A stretch of DNA of 64,000 bases, from NCBI GenBank assembly GCA_038064695.1, contig JBBTSO010000005.1, positions 106,070-170,069 on the forward strand, read 5' to 3'. Shown one piece after another: positions 7,837-19,940 of the stretch. A program made the translations under genes and the position numbers. Under the pieces are notes generated by a model. It was not told where the DNA came from and did no database searches. It saw nothing but the letters and a program-made list of their open reading frames with translations. The stretch is from Patescibacteria group bacterium. GTDB lineage: Bacteria > Patescibacteriota > Minisyncoccia > Phycocordibacterales > Phycocordibacteraceae. The number at the start of each line of letters is the position of its first letter. Positions within the stretch are counted from its first letter, which is position 1.

Positions 7837-8865
7837 TTATTTCTTGAGCGCGTACTTACCATCGGCAAGTCGAGAGAACTTTGGATTTTGTAAGTTAACC
7901 AAGATCGTGTTGGTTTTTACAAAACGTTCTTTGAGCACTTTATCAATAATTTGATCTCGAGTCAGCGCTCCGTGTTCACGAAGTACATTTTCAATAATGG
8001 TAGCGACAGGTCCCTCGCGGTATCCCCACTCTTTGAGCGCGTACTGGCCACGTCCAACCAAAACAAAGCGATCACTCTTAATAAGCTCGTTGTGCGTCGT
8101 TGCTTCGTGTGCTTTTTTACCAAACAACTCACGAATTGATTTTGCTACTTCACGGAAGTGCATAGGAGAGCCGTTACGTTTCATAACGAGGTACGCGTAG
8201 TCAGCAATATTCTTTACTTTTATTCCAGGAGCAGACGTACGACCCCACTCATTGAGAGGATTTTTTACCAAACATTGAGACAATTCAAGCCAGCGAAGAA
8301 TGGTGTCACGGTTTCGGTGCTTTGCGTTTACGCGAGAAAGACACCCCATAACGTGAGTGACGAGTGCGTCTTCGGTGAGTACGTCAGAGGGACGAACTTT
8401 CTGGTGAACTTCTTTTAACGCGCTTTCAACTGCTTTTGCGATATCTGAATCTACAAACCAACGCTTGCCGAAGTCTTTATCTTCTTTTGCTTGCTTAAAT
8501 GAGTCACCAACCACCAACATAAAGTAAAGGTGATTCTGCATTTCAAGATCTGGAGCCAACGTGTTTAGAATGGTTTTTTCAGTCAAAATTCCCCCTAAGT
8601 CTCTAATTGAATCTTCGAGTGCTGAAAAAGAACCAGCCTCTTTCACAAATGCATCAGATTCCTGAATGAGTTTAATGGCATGATTTTCAATTTGTCGAAC
8701 GCGCTCACGCGTAATGCCGTACCGTTTCCCAATAGCATCCAACGTCTCAGCCTGTCTGCCCGAGGCAAGGCCGTAGCGCGAAAGAATAACGTCACGAGAA
8801 CGATCAGGAAGATTTTGAACTAAACGCTTCGTAACGACAGCTGGTTTAAAGGTTAGCTTGGACAT
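7837..8865 (-). CDS. sigma-70 region-4-like HTH protein with C-terminal HARE-HTH winged-helix domain
   Basis: N-terminal LSRYGLASGRQAETLDAIGKRYGITRERVRQIENHAIKLI (region-4-type HTH). C-terminal HFREVAKSIRELFGKKAHEATTHNELIKSDRFVLVGRGQYALKEWGY resembles the HARE-HTH of the RNAP delta subunit. Confidence 0.6.
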   Translation of the reverse strand: MSKLTFKPAVVTKRLVQNLPDRSRDVILSRYGLASGRQAETLDAIGKRYGITRERVRQIENHAIKLIQESDAFVKEAGSFSALEDSIRDLGGILTEKTILNTLAPDLEMQNHLYFMLVVGDSFKQAKEDKDFGKRWFVDSDIAKAVESALKEVHQKVRPSDVLTEDALVTHVMGCLSRVNAKHRNRDTILRWLELSQCLVKNPLNEWGRTSAPGIKVKNIADYAYLVMKRNGSPMHFREVAKSIRELFGKKAHEATTHNELIKSDRFVLVGRGQYALKEWGYREGPVATIIENVLREHGALTRDQIIDKVLKERFVKTNTILVNLQNPKFSRLADGKYALKK

Positions 8866-8985
8866 TGTGTTATTGGTTGTTTTCTAATAATTACCTTCTA
8901 CCTTTATATCATAAAAATAATTTAAAGTCAAAGATACTGTTTTCCACACCCTGACAAGGGCACGGCAACCGCTTTAGGCGCAGGA

Positions 8986-11376
8986 TTATGGAATAAAATT
9001 AATGATTTTATTTTTAACATAAATGACTTTTTTTGGCTTAAAATCTACATATTTTGACAATTTCTGATCATTTTTTATGCGAATAAACACCTCCCCTTCT
9101 TCAAGGTCTCGGCTAATGCGGATAGACCCTTTAGTCTTACCTCCAACCTGAACAGCAATTTCTACCTTATCCGAAGTTGCCTTTGCAGGGTCAAAAATAG
9201 GCCACATTTCTTGATGAATAGAGAAATGGTTTCCGATCCTTTCCCAAAGCTCTTCTGTAACATGAGGAGCAAAAGGGGCAATAAGTATAAGGAGTGTGTC
9301 ATATTGTTTTTTGCCAATTGTTTTTTGTTTCTCAACTTCATTAACAAAAATCATTAGTGCTGAAACAGCGGTGTTGAATTTGAATTTTTCAATATCTTCA
9401 GAAACCTTTTGAACAGTTTGGTGAAGTATTGTTTCAAGCGCAGCAACGTCTTCACTGCGTACTGAATCACGCAAACGCAATACACGTTCTATAAAACGTC
9501 GCGAACCAACCAACCCGTTGGTAGACCACGGGACGGTGTTTTCAAACGGTCCCATAAACATTTCATACACGCGCATTGAATCAGCGCCAACTGAATGAAC
9601 AATATCGTCAGGATTGATTATATTCCCCCACCGTTTGCTCATTTTTCTCCCATCTTCCGCAAGAACAAATCCAAGAAATTCAAGACGAGTAAATGGCTCA
9701 AGCGTGCTTACCAAGTTGATGTCATATAAAAATTTATGCCAAAACCGCGCATAAATAAGATGTCGGACCGCATGATCTCCTCCCACATAGACGTCTACCG
9801 GCCCCCACTTTTTTTCAATGTTTTGGTTTACTAACTCAGACGCGTTATGCGGATCCATAAAACGAAGCCAGTACCAAGAAGAACCGGCCCATTGCGGCAT
9901 AGTATTTGTTTCTCGTTTTGCATCTCCACCACAGGACGGACACGGTACGTTCACCCAACTCTCAATTGCGGCAAGCGGTGACTCTCCTGTTCCCGTAGGT
10001 TCATAGTGATCAACGTCGGGTAATAAAACCGGCAAGTCTTTTTCTGGAACGGGAACGACGCCACACTTTTTACAGTGGATGACCGGAATCGGTTCTCCCC
10101 AATAGCGCTGTCGTGAAAATACCCAGTCCTGAATTTTGTATGATGTTTTACGTTTAGCAATACCCATTTTAACCATCCACTCAACCATCTCGGCAATCAG
10201 TGTAGGAGAGATGGTTTTTCCGGTAAACGGCCCTGAATCTTTAAGAGTTCCTTCGTTGAGGTGCGCGTTTACGAATGTTCCATCACCCACCACTGTTCTT
10301 AGTGGAATGTTATATTTTTCAGCAAATGCCACATCGCGTTCGTCATGACCAGAGCAACGAATTGCTCCGGTGCCAAAATTCATTAAGGCGAAGTTTGCCA
10401 CCCACACTGGCATACGCGCACCTTCTCGGTAAGGATCTTCAACATAGCACCCTGTAAACACCCCAAGTTTTTCTTTTCCCTCAGTTCGCTCAAGCATTGT
10501 TTTTGAAGCCATCAATGACACAAATTGCAGTACCTCCTGTTCTGTTTCAAGACCCTGCACTAGTTTCGGCACCAACGGATGCTCTGGAGCTAGTACAACG
10601 TACGTGTCAGCGTACATCCACGCCGGATATGCGCTAAATGTTTCAATGGCAAAATCCTGGTCAACAACAGGGTGAGAAACGATTATGCCTTCCTTTTTTC
10701 CAATCCAATTTCGTTGCGCTTCCTTAATGTGCTCTGGCCACTCGGTGAGGGAGTCCAGGTCTTGAAGCATGCGGTCAGCATACTCAGTAATTTTCAATAC
10801 CCACTGACGCATAGGTTTTTTTGTGACAGTGCTGTCGCAGCGCTCACACGTGCCGTCAGCATTCACATCTTCATTCGCAAGTCCTGTTTGGCAGGACGGG
10901 CACCAGTTTATCGGTTCAAACGATTGATGCGCGAGGCCTTTTTCAAAAAGTTTAAGAAAAATCCACTGCGTCCATTTATAAAACGCGGGGTCAGTCGTGT
11001 TAATTTCACGAGTCCAATCATAGTTAAAACCGAGCAGGGCGAGCTGATTCTTGAAGTTGGCAATGTTTTTCTCAACCGCGACGCGTGGGTGTACTTTATG
11101 TTTTATCGCAAAATTTTCTGCAGGCAACCCGAACGCATCCCACCCCATGGGATGCAATACCTCAAACCCATTCATTTTTTTATATCGGGAATATATGTCA
11201 GTCGCTATGTACCCTTTTGGATGCCCCACGTGGAGCCCTTCACCCGATGGGTACGGAAACATATCCAGAATGTACTGTTTAGGTTTGTCAGTTGAAGCAT
11301 TCGTCTTATAGAGCGACGCCTCCGCCCAGCGTTTCTGCCATTTTGATTCTATTGCTTTATGATCGTACGGCTCCAT
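8986..11376 (-). CDS. leuS: leucyl-tRNA synthetase (short bacterial form)
   Basis: HIGH-type PYPSGEGLHVGHPKGY, KMSKRWGN, and editing/CP1 region present. 796 aa. Confidence 0.95.
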   Translation of the reverse strand: MEPYDHKAIESKWQKRWAEASLYKTNASTDKPKQYILDMFPYPSGEGLHVGHPKGYIATDIYSRYKKMNGFEVLHPMGWDAFGLPAENFAIKHKVHPRVAVEKNIANFKNQLALLGFNYDWTREINTTDPAFYKWTQWIFLKLFEKGLAHQSFEPINWCPSCQTGLANEDVNADGTCERCDSTVTKKPMRQWVLKITEYADRMLQDLDSLTEWPEHIKEAQRNWIGKKEGIIVSHPVVDQDFAIETFSAYPAWMYADTYVVLAPEHPLVPKLVQGLETEQEVLQFVSLMASKTMLERTEGKEKLGVFTGCYVEDPYREGARMPVWVANFALMNFGTGAIRCSGHDERDVAFAEKYNIPLRTVVGDGTFVNAHLNEGTLKDSGPFTGKTISPTLIAEMVEWMVKMGIAKRKTSYKIQDWVFSRQRYWGEPIPVIHCKKCGVVPVPEKDLPVLLPDVDHYEPTGTGESPLAAIESWVNVPCPSCGGDAKRETNTMPQWAGSSWYWLRFMDPHNASELVNQNIEKKWGPVDVYVGGDHAVRHLIYARFWHKFLYDINLVSTLEPFTRLEFLGFVLAEDGRKMSKRWGNIINPDDIVHSVGADSMRVYEMFMGPFENTVPWSTNGLVGSRRFIERVLRLRDSVRSEDVAALETILHQTVQKVSEDIEKFKFNTAVSALMIFVNEVEKQKTIGKKQYDTLLILIAPFAPHVTEELWERIGNHFSIHQEMWPIFDPAKATSDKVEIAVQVGGKTKGSIRISRDLEEGEVFIRIKNDQKLSKYVDFKPKKVIYVKNKIINFIP

Positions 11377-11465
11377 AATTATTACTGAGTATACCGTATC
11401 TAGCGTTCAATAAAAAAACCATATCTCTGCTCCTTCAAAGCGAGGACAATGCACATTTTTGAGAC

Positions 11466-11600
11466 TTAGACCCGGGCTCGTTTCTCACTTAAGCGAGGCG
11501 ATACTTGTTTTGAGGAGAGTAAGACTTGGGCTAGCGCCCTGGAGCGCTCTCCGAAAAATGAGTATCACCGAGCGACTCTCTACTTTCAAACGAGTGAAGA
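11466..11600. repeat. intergenic palindrome-rich repeat element (family with copies inside uvrB and mnmA)
   Basis: gagacttagacccgggctcg...gagagtaagacttgggctagcgccctggagcgctctc...tatcaccgagcgactctc. Compare uvrB 39925-39995: agactaagacttgggcaagcgccccggagcggtctc...atacccgagcgacc. Confidence 0.65.
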
Positions 11601-11628
11601 GAGTATTTAAATAGATTTAAATACTCTT
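11600..11628. promoter_or_regulatory. perfect 13-bp AT-rich inverted repeat AGAGTATTTAAAT-AGA-ATTTAAATACTCT (operator or terminator-like) between the membrane-protein gene and leuS
   Basis: Read directly. Perfect 13/13 arms. Too AT-rich for a canonical intrinsic terminator stem. Confidence 0.4.
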
Positions 11629-11654
11629 GAGCGAGCGCTGAAAGCAAGCTTTGC

Positions 11655-12197
11655 TTATTCTTTGAATTTCTTAACCCCAATATACACAAGCACGATGAGT
11701 GCAAGTCCCACAATGCCTAGACGAATGTAATCACCCGCTGCTTCCCAATAACGAACTGAAGCGATGATGAACGAGAGAACACCTCCGTACGAAAGTCCTG
11801 CGGACACTGCGGGAGACATACGAAGCACAAACCCAAGTCCGATTGACAGCGCGCCGAGCACCACGAGCGCGACAAATACATTTTGTGAGTACGCTTTTCG
11901 CTCATCTTCATATTCCATCTGACAGGTAAAGAATTCGTTACAATAACCCTTCGGTTCAGAGAGGTCTACTGGTTTAACGTCAGTGTACGGCGGATTCCAC
12001 TGCCCCCCAACGGCAACACACGATTCTTCAGAATCCAAAACGGGGCGTACTTGCTGTTGTACACAGAAATCTTCAAACTTCGGTTCAGGCGTTACCGTCT
12101 GAATCGCTACCGCAAAAAATAAGTTGAGAATAATAATTATGCCAATTGAGAGTGCCCACTTCAGCACACCTTTGCCTTTAAATTGGGTTGCATCCAT
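11655..12197 (-). CDS. hypothetical membrane protein (N- and C-terminal TM helices, Cys-containing ectodomain)
   Basis: 180 aa with hydrophobic segments ALSIGIIIILNLFFAVAI and VFVALVVLGALSIGLGFVL...GLALIVLVYIG. No family recognised. Confidence 0.5.
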   Translation of the reverse strand: MDATQFKGKGVLKWALSIGIIIILNLFFAVAIQTVTPEPKFEDFCVQQQVRPVLDSEESCVAVGGQWNPPYTDVKPVDLSEPKGYCNEFFTCQMEYEDERKAYSQNVFVALVVLGALSIGLGFVLRMSPAVSAGLSYGGVLSFIIASVRYWEAAGDYIRLGIVGLALIVLVYIGVKKFKE

Positions 12198-12206
12198 ATA
12201 GAAACA

Positions 12207-13307
12207 TTATACCTTAAATTCAATGACGTCTCCGTCTTTCACCACGTACTCCTTACCTTCCGTACGCACCCGTCCTTTTTCGCGTGCTTTTGCAAATGAA
12301 CCCGCTTCAACGAGATCAGTGTACGCAACCACCTCCGCGCGAATAAATTTATCTCTGAAATCAGAGTGAATAGCTGCTCCCGCGACAGGCGCGGTAGACC
12401 CAATCTGAACGGTCCACGCGCGCGTTTCTTTCTCTCCTGTAGTGAAGTAACTCATCAAACCCAAAAGGGTATACGCTTCTCGGATGAGTTCATCTACTCC
12501 ATTATCAAGAACGCCGAATTCGCGACGCAAACTTTCTTTTTCTTCGTGAGAAACGTCACGGAGTTCTCCTTCAATTGCTGCGTCTACCGTAACGTACGAG
12601 GCCGTGGATTCGTTAAAAAAATGTTTGAGGTTATGCCACCGCTCATCGTTCATTTCGTCTAAGTTATGCCCGCCTGCTTTTCGGTTCAATACGTACATCA
12701 TTGGCTTCATGGTCAATAAGTGAACAGTAATGAGCGCAGCGTGATCAGTTTCAGTGAGGGGCGCCTGGCGAGCAAGCAGCCCCTGGTCAAGGGTTGCCTT
12801 TACCTTAACTAACGCCTCCTGTTCAAGTACCGCCTCTTTTTTACCCTGTTTTACATCGCGCTCGAGTGTTGCAATGCGTTTAGTTACTGTTTGTAAATCA
12901 GCCAGAATGAGTTCTAGGTTAATGATGCCCACATCGCGAAGCGGATCCACCTGCCCCTCTTCCACGTGAGTAATGTCCGCGTCTTCAAACAGTCTGACGA
13001 CGTGTGCTATGGCGTCCACTTCACGAATGTGTGATAGGAATTGATTTCCTAAACCTGCCCCTTCTGAAGCACCGCGAACTAATCCCGCAATATCAACAAA
13101 CTCAATGGCCGCAGGAATAATTTTTTCTGATCCAGAAAGAGTGGAGAGAACTTGGAGGCGTGGGTCTGGCACCGCGACAATTCCGACCGAAGGGTCAATG
13201 GTGCAGAAGGGGTAGTTTTCAGCAGGGACAGCTTTTTCAGTCAGTGCATTAAAAAGCGTGGATTTCCCCACGTTTGGTAACCCCACGATGCCTACCGATA
13301 TATTCAT
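12207..13307 (-). CDS. ychF: ribosome-binding ATPase YchF (Obg-family GTPase with TGS domain)
   Basis: G1 GIVGLPNVGKSTLFNALT. YchF-specific helical insert and C-terminal TGS-like region. ORF open to 13334; start set at MNISVGIVG. Confidence 0.9.
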   Translation of the reverse strand: MNISVGIVGLPNVGKSTLFNALTEKAVPAENYPFCTIDPSVGIVAVPDPRLQVLSTLSGSEKIIPAAIEFVDIAGLVRGASEGAGLGNQFLSHIREVDAIAHVVRLFEDADITHVEEGQVDPLRDVGIINLELILADLQTVTKRIATLERDVKQGKKEAVLEQEALVKVKATLDQGLLARQAPLTETDHAALITVHLLTMKPMMYVLNRKAGGHNLDEMNDERWHNLKHFFNESTASYVTVDAAIEGELRDVSHEEKESLRREFGVLDNGVDELIREAYTLLGLMSYFTTGEKETRAWTVQIGSTAPVAGAAIHSDFRDKFIRAEVVAYTDLVEAGSFAKAREKGRVRTEGKEYVVKDGDVIEFKV

Positions 13308-13323
13308 TTTCCTGAGTATAAAA

Positions 13324-13354
13324 CAAAAAACCACCTATTCAAAGGTGGTTTTTT
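13324..13354. terminator. bidirectional GC-rich hairpin (CCACCT-ttgaat-AGGTGG) flanked by A6/T6 runs
   Basis: aaaaaaccacctattcaaaggtggttttttg read directly. Lies between the small lipoprotein ORF and ychF. Confidence 0.55.
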
Positions 13355-13356
13355 GT

Positions 13357-13518
13357 TTTAATTCCAGTTAATTTCTCGGTAGGCTTCTCGCATTGCATCA
13401 CCGGCTTCTTTTAAGTTTTCTTGCCAATCTTCATTTATTGCAAGCCCAGCGCAACCGGCGAGTATAGCAGCACAACTGGCCAAAGCACCATAACTCAAAA
13501 TTTTTATAGTTTTATCCA
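13357..13518 (-). CDS. small putative lipoprotein (53 aa) with LAGC lipobox
   Basis: Own translation: MDKTIKILSYGALASCAAILAGCAGLAINEDWQENLKEAGDAMREAYREINWN. Signal peptide plus L-A-G-C lipobox. Below the ORF-track size cutoff. Confidence 0.35.
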
Positions 13519-13630
13519 TAATGTTATATTTAACAAATTAACAATCCACCACGAAACGGGTAAATTTGAATTAGAATACCCTAATTCGAAAATTAATACC
13601 AGTAAATCTGCAGTAGACTTGTGGAATAAT

Positions 13631-13876
13631 CTACAAATTCACATTAACATTATTTAAATAAAAAGTCAATACATTAAGTGTACTTTCAGTTTCCCGGGTT
13701 TCTACAGGTAAAACGGGTTGTTTTTCAAGAGTTTCGTTTAGTATACGAGTCTGTTCATCCTCTTCCGCTATGCCAAACCTATGTGTAACAAGCGCCACAA
13801 CAATCAAAAGAGCGGCAAATAAAACAAGGAGGTTTTTCCGCTCACTTTTTGTCATTACCCTTTCTTGGGCAGCCAT
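13631..13876 (-). CDS. small membrane protein, hypothetical
   Basis: 81 aa with TM helix LLVLFAALLIVVALV. Confidence 0.35.
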   Translation of the reverse strand: MAAQERVMTKSERKNLLVLFAALLIVVALVTHRFGIAEEDEQTRILNETLEKQPVLPVETRETESTLNVLTFYLNNVNVNL

Positions 13877-13908
13877 ACAGCTAAACTATACTCTTCTCAC
13901 AAAAGGTT

Positions 13909-14490
13909 TCAAATGCCTTTTTTGCCAAGCTTTCGGACAAAGTGTAACCACCGCTTGTGAGTTTTAACGGAAGCTTTTTCCGAAGAAGAGAAAATATTTA
14001 TCTTTGTGGTGAATCCTGAAAATCCTAATATCCCGCGAGAAAGCTCGTTAGTAAAGTCACCAAAAAGGAGGTACGAAAGGAGTGGGTGTGCAAGTGAACA
14101 GATAAATATACGAGCAGTTTTACCTCTCATTTTTTGATGCCACCCAAGTCCGTTTTTGAAAAACTGGAATGCAAATCCAGGTAACCACACTCGGTCAAAA
14201 AGCCCTTTGAGGAGCGCAGGAATGCTGTACCACCAGTTGGGGTACAAAATGACCACGTGGTTGGCCCACGTGATGTTTTCTTGGAATTGAATTAAATCGG
14301 GTTCAAGTGCCTGTATCGTTTTATACCCACGATGTAAAATGGGATCAAACTGCATTTTCCCAAGGTGTTGTATGCGAACCTGGTGCCCTCCTTCTCGTGC
14401 CCCCTCCCCATATGAGTTTGCTAAGGCACTCGTGAATGTTGGCTCAGGGTCAGGATGCCCAATGAGTATAAAAATATTTTTTGACTCCAT
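13909..14490 (-). CDS. flavodoxin-like fold NAD(P)H dehydrogenase (quinone) family protein (Flavodoxin_2; MdaB/KefF-like)
   Basis: N-terminus IFILIGHPDPEPTFTSALANSY, typical of Flavodoxin_2 FMN-dependent reductases. 193 aa. Confidence 0.65.
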   Translation of the reverse strand: MESKNIFILIGHPDPEPTFTSALANSYGEGAREGGHQVRIQHLGKMQFDPILHRGYKTIQALEPDLIQFQENITWANHVVILYPNWWYSIPALLKGLFDRVWLPGFAFQFFKNGLGWHQKMRGKTARIFICSLAHPLLSYLLFGDFTNELSRGILGFSGFTTKINIFSSSEKASVKTHKRWLHFVRKLGKKGI

Positions 14491-14495
14491 GAATA

Positions 14496-14726
14496 CTACT
14501 CACCGCGAAACATTTTTTGTAGTTCTGCCTGATTTTCTTTGGCGACGGCTTGCATAGCCATCATTTGGTTTTCACCACGCTTCACGCGTTCTTGAATTTT
14601 TTTTGCCATAGAAGTAAAAAACTCAGGATTCTTTTCAACCATGCTTATAACCTGCTCCTGCATTTCCTTTGGCATCCCCTTAAGCTGCTTAGCCATGAGG
14701 GCCTTCATCATCATCCGTTTAAACAT
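14496..14726 (-). CDS. small Met/Lys-rich helical hypothetical protein
   Basis: 76 aa, MFKRMMMKALMAKQLKGMPKEMQEQ.... No family recognised. Confidence 0.35.
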   Translation of the reverse strand: MFKRMMMKALMAKQLKGMPKEMQEQVISMVEKNPEFFTSMAKKIQERVKRGENQMMAMQAVAKENQAELQKMFRGE

Positions 14727-14764
14727 ATGTGTCCTATTCTACCAGAAATCTAAAAAGACGGTAT

Positions 14765-14962
14765 TTAATACGCATCCGGGTTAGCGGTACAGATAGCAAA
14801 GCAAGTAACTTTTGCTTTCATTCCTAGTTCTTTAATACAGCGCGTAATGCATGGCCCGGTGTTTAATTCGTAGGAAAGCACGGCGACAACACCTAACGCG
14901 AAAAACGCAGCTGCATACACCATATATAACCGCTCACGGTTTACTATTTGTTCTCCGCTCAT
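14765..14962 (-). CDS. small membrane protein with C-terminal C-x3-C-x11-C-x3-C motif
   Basis: Start set at an internal Met to avoid overlap with the divergent MTHFS gene. TM helix then GPCITRCIKELGMKAKVTCFAIC. Same architecture as the 1.1-2.0 kb trio. Confidence 0.35.
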   Translation of the reverse strand: MSGEQIVNRERLYMVYAAAFFALGVVAVLSYELNTGPCITRCIKELGMKAKVTCFAICTANPDAY

Positions 14963-15064
14963 AGAGGTAATTTTTATACTGTACGCTCTTAGTATTTTTT
15001 CGCAAGAAAGGTCATTTTGATAGAAACTTTTCACATCGTACAAAGAGGTGTATGTTGATTTTAG

Positions 15065-15493
15065 ATGAGTATTACTGCTCCGCTTTCGTGCCAATCCATA
15101 ATTTCATTTAATTCACTAAAAGATGAGCCCAACCCGCGCGTGTTCCTTGAACAATTTCCTACCTCGCCTGTGTATATGGTTCCTTCTACGAAGGACACCG
15201 ACCCCTTTGCCGAGGCAGAGAAAGTAACAGTAATGTTTCAAAATAAAAATGTCTGCGTATTAGTGCCAGGAGTGACCTTTGATATACACGGCACGCGTCA
15301 CGGACGCGGTGGGGGCTGGTACGACCGTTTTTTGTCGCGCCTTCCTCGTTCATGGCTCAAGATTGGGGTCACAACCCCGGAGCATCTTTCACACGCACCA
15401 TTAAAAAGAGAAGTATGGGATGAGCCTATGTCGCTACTCGCACTTATTCATCAAGACACGCTTACTTTGCAAAGCGTGCGTAAAAAATTATAG
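15065..15493 (+). CDS. 5-formyltetrahydrofolate cyclo-ligase family protein (short)
   Basis: VPGVTFDIHGTRHGRGGGWYDRFL matches the MTHFS signature G-x-G-x-GGGYYDR. Only 142 aa, so it covers the C-terminal half of the fold. Confidence 0.6.
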   Translation: MSITAPLSCQSIISFNSLKDEPNPRVFLEQFPTSPVYMVPSTKDTDPFAEAEKVTVMFQNKNVCVLVPGVTFDIHGTRHGRGGGWYDRFLSRLPRSWLKIGVTTPEHLSHAPLKREVWDEPMSLLALIHQDTLTLQSVRKKL

Positions 15494-15718
15494 GAGCACT
15501 ACCGCTTCGTTAGACGATACTTCCAACACTCCGTCCTCAACAGAAAACTCGCTGTTGCCACTCTCTGTGCGGATCGTGGCAACACCTTTTTTAAGAAGCA
15601 CCACATATGGCTCGTGATGCGGAAGTATGGTTACCATCCCCTCAACGGTAGGGAGCGACACCGAGAGTGCTTCTCCGTCAAAAAGATTTTCGTGTACTTT
15701 TGCAATGATGACACGCAT
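15488..15718 (-). CDS. atpC: F-type ATP synthase epsilon subunit (beta-sandwich domain only)
   Basis: IIAKVHENLFDGEALSVSLPTVEGMVTILPHHEPYVVLLKKGVATI. Last gene of the atp operon. The C-terminal helical hairpin is absent. Confidence 0.8.
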   Translation of the reverse strand: MRVIIAKVHENLFDGEALSVSLPTVEGMVTILPHHEPYVVLLKKGVATIRTESGNSEFSVEDGVLEVSSNEAVVLL

Positions 15719-15727
15719 AGAGACAAT

Positions 15728-18026
<2,299 letters not shown>

Positions 18027-18029
18027 ACA

Positions 18030-19583
18030 TTATAGAGAAGCGGTTTTCACAAAGGTATCCAAGGCGCTTTTGAGTGCTTGTTCTGATGATTCGCTGATGA
18101 GTCGATCCGTACGAATAGCGTTCAACACAGATTCGTGTTCTCGATCCATGTACGCCAAAAATTGTTTTTCAACCACGCCCATTTTTTCCGGTGGGAATGA
18201 ACCGAAGTGTCCGTTCGTTGCTCCGTAAATAACAACTACCTGCCGCTCAAATGCCATTGGTTCGTGTTTACCTTGGTTTAAAACCGCGCTCAACCGGCGA
18301 CCGATATCAATGCGTTTTTTAGTGTCTTCGTCCAAGTCAGACGCAAACTGCATAAAGGCCTCCAACTCTCTGAACTGCGCAAGGTCCAATTTAATACGCC
18401 CGGCAACTTTTTTCATTGCTTTTGTCTGTGCGGCACTCCCCACGCGAGATACTGAAATACCAACGTTAATAGCAGGACGACTCCCTTTGTTGAAGAGGTC
18501 AGCTTCAAGGAACATCTGTCCGTCGGTAATGGAAATAACGTTGGTAGGAATGTAGGCTGAAATGTCTCCTTCTTGTGTTTCAATTATAGGCAGCGCGGTC
18601 AGCGACCCTCCTCCTTTTTCTTTAGAGAGTTTTGCGGCACGCTCCAAGAGACGTGAGTGGAGGTAGAAAATGTCACCAGGGTACGCTTCACGTCCTGGCG
18701 GACGACGGAGCAACAATGAGAGTTGGCGATACGCCACTGCTTGTTTTGAAAGGTCGTCGTAAATAACTAATACATCCTTTCCTTTCTCCATAAAGTACTC
18801 GCCGAGCGTTACCCCTGCGTACGGAGCTAAGAATTGAAATGCCGCTGAGGAAGATGCAGGAGCGGTTACTACAATGGTGTACTCCATCGCGCCACGTTCA
18901 GTGAGAAGTGCCGTAATGCGTGCCGTCTTTGACTCTTTCTGACCAATGGCAACGTAAATACAAATCGGTCGCGTATCCTTTGGCTCATTTTTTTGGTTTA
19001 AAATCGCATCAATAGCTACTGTTGTTTTACCCGTCGCGCGGTCACCGATAATCAATTCACGTTGTCCGCGCCCGATTGGGATCAACGCGTCAATTGCTTT
19101 TGTTCCTGTATGAATAGGGGTATCAACGGGAGCACGGTCAATAACGCCGTACGCCTCGCGTTCAATGGGAGCGAAGCCCGATGCTTCAACCGGTCCTTTG
19201 CCGTCCACCGCTTCGCCGAGTGGGTTTACGATACGGCCTATAAATGCATCGCCAACTGGTATTGAAAGCAACTTTCCCGTACGGCGCACAATCATTCCCT
19301 CAACCACGCGCGAACCTTCTCCGAGAATGATGGCCTTCACGGTGTCTTCTTCCAAGTTCAAAATGAGTCCAAAAAGTTGTGTGTCATGCGTAAGCGCGTC
19401 TTTGACGGTGCTCACACTCGATTCATCAAAAACAATCATTTCTGCCATTTGCGCGCCGAAGAGACCTTCAATTTCAACAATACCGTCGCCCACTTTTCGC
19501 ACCACTCCCACCTCTTCACGCTCAGCTTTTGGTTGTAGCGTTTCTATTTCTTTCTTGAGCCGCTCTAAGATTGTTTTGTCCAT
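18030..19583 (-). CDS. atpA: F-type ATP synthase alpha subunit
   Basis: [20 protein letters not shown]-loop. 517 aa. Confidence 0.95.
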   Translation of the reverse strand: MDKTILERLKKEIETLQPKAEREEVGVVRKVGDGIVEIEGLFGAQMAEMIVFDESSVSTVKDALTHDTQLFGLILNLEEDTVKAIILGEGSRVVEGMIVRRTGKLLSIPVGDAFIGRIVNPLGEAVDGKGPVEASGFAPIEREAYGVIDRAPVDTPIHTGTKAIDALIPIGRGQRELIIGDRATGKTTVAIDAILNQKNEPKDTRPICIYVAIGQKESKTARITALLTERGAMEYTIVVTAPASSSAAFQFLAPYAGVTLGEYFMEKGKDVLVIYDDLSKQAVAYRQLSLLLRRPPGREAYPGDIFYLHSRLLERAAKLSKEKGGGSLTALPIIETQEGDISAYIPTNVISITDGQMFLEADLFNKGSRPAINVGISVSRVGSAAQTKAMKKVAGRIKLDLAQFRELEAFMQFASDLDEDTKKRIDIGRRLSAVLNQGKHEPMAFERQVVVIYGATNGHFGSFPPEKMGVVEKQFLAYMDREHESVLNAIRTDRLISESSEQALKSALDTFVKTASL

Positions 19584-19586
19584 ACG

Positions 19587-19937
19587 TTATTGTTGAGTAA
19601 TTTTTTGATAAAGTGACACGAGCGTGCGACGATACGACGCGTCTATTAATGACCCTCCTTTTCTAACCACATATCCGCCCACAATGGAAGGGTCCACTTT
19701 TGTTTCCACCGTGCCTTCACCAAGGTGAAGCGCGTGAGGAACAAATTTTTTCCCTTCTTTTTCAGATGCCACCGTAAGCTGAATCTGATCGCTATCTGGG
19801 GTGCGTTCAATGATGCGTGCTACCTGAGGAAGCAGCGACTCGTGACCTCGCTTTTTCATATACGCAATAACCTCATCAATCTTCCCTCCTTCACGGAGCG
19901 GTGCGATGATTGTTGCATAGTAGTGAGCGAGTGACAT
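19587..19937 (-). CDS. atpH: F-type ATP synthase delta (OSCP) subunit, short form
   Basis: C-terminal VDPSIVGGYVVRKGGSLIDASYRRTL matches the delta C-terminal domain. Only 116 aa. Operon position between atpF and atpA. Confidence 0.7.
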   Translation of the reverse strand: MSLAHYYATIIAPLREGGKIDEVIAYMKKRGHESLLPQVARIIERTPDSDQIQLTVASEKEGKKFVPHALHLGEGTVETKVDPSIVGGYVVRKGGSLIDASYRRTLVSLYQKITQQ

Positions 19938-19940
19938 ACG

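Noticed and set aside
10672-11311. Plus-strand ORFs (207, 86, 65 aa) inside leuS, and similar antisense ORFs inside atpA (19165-19596), nrdA (49684-50157), kbl (23272-23820) and tdh (24620-25345)
   Set aside because: They are embedded opposite strongly conserved housekeeping genes and have low-complexity or odd composition, consistent with shadow ORFs.
11600-11628. 13-bp AT-rich perfect inverted repeat as an intrinsic terminator
   Set aside because: The stem is almost entirely A/T, so it makes a weak terminator. It was left as an unassigned regulatory palindrome.
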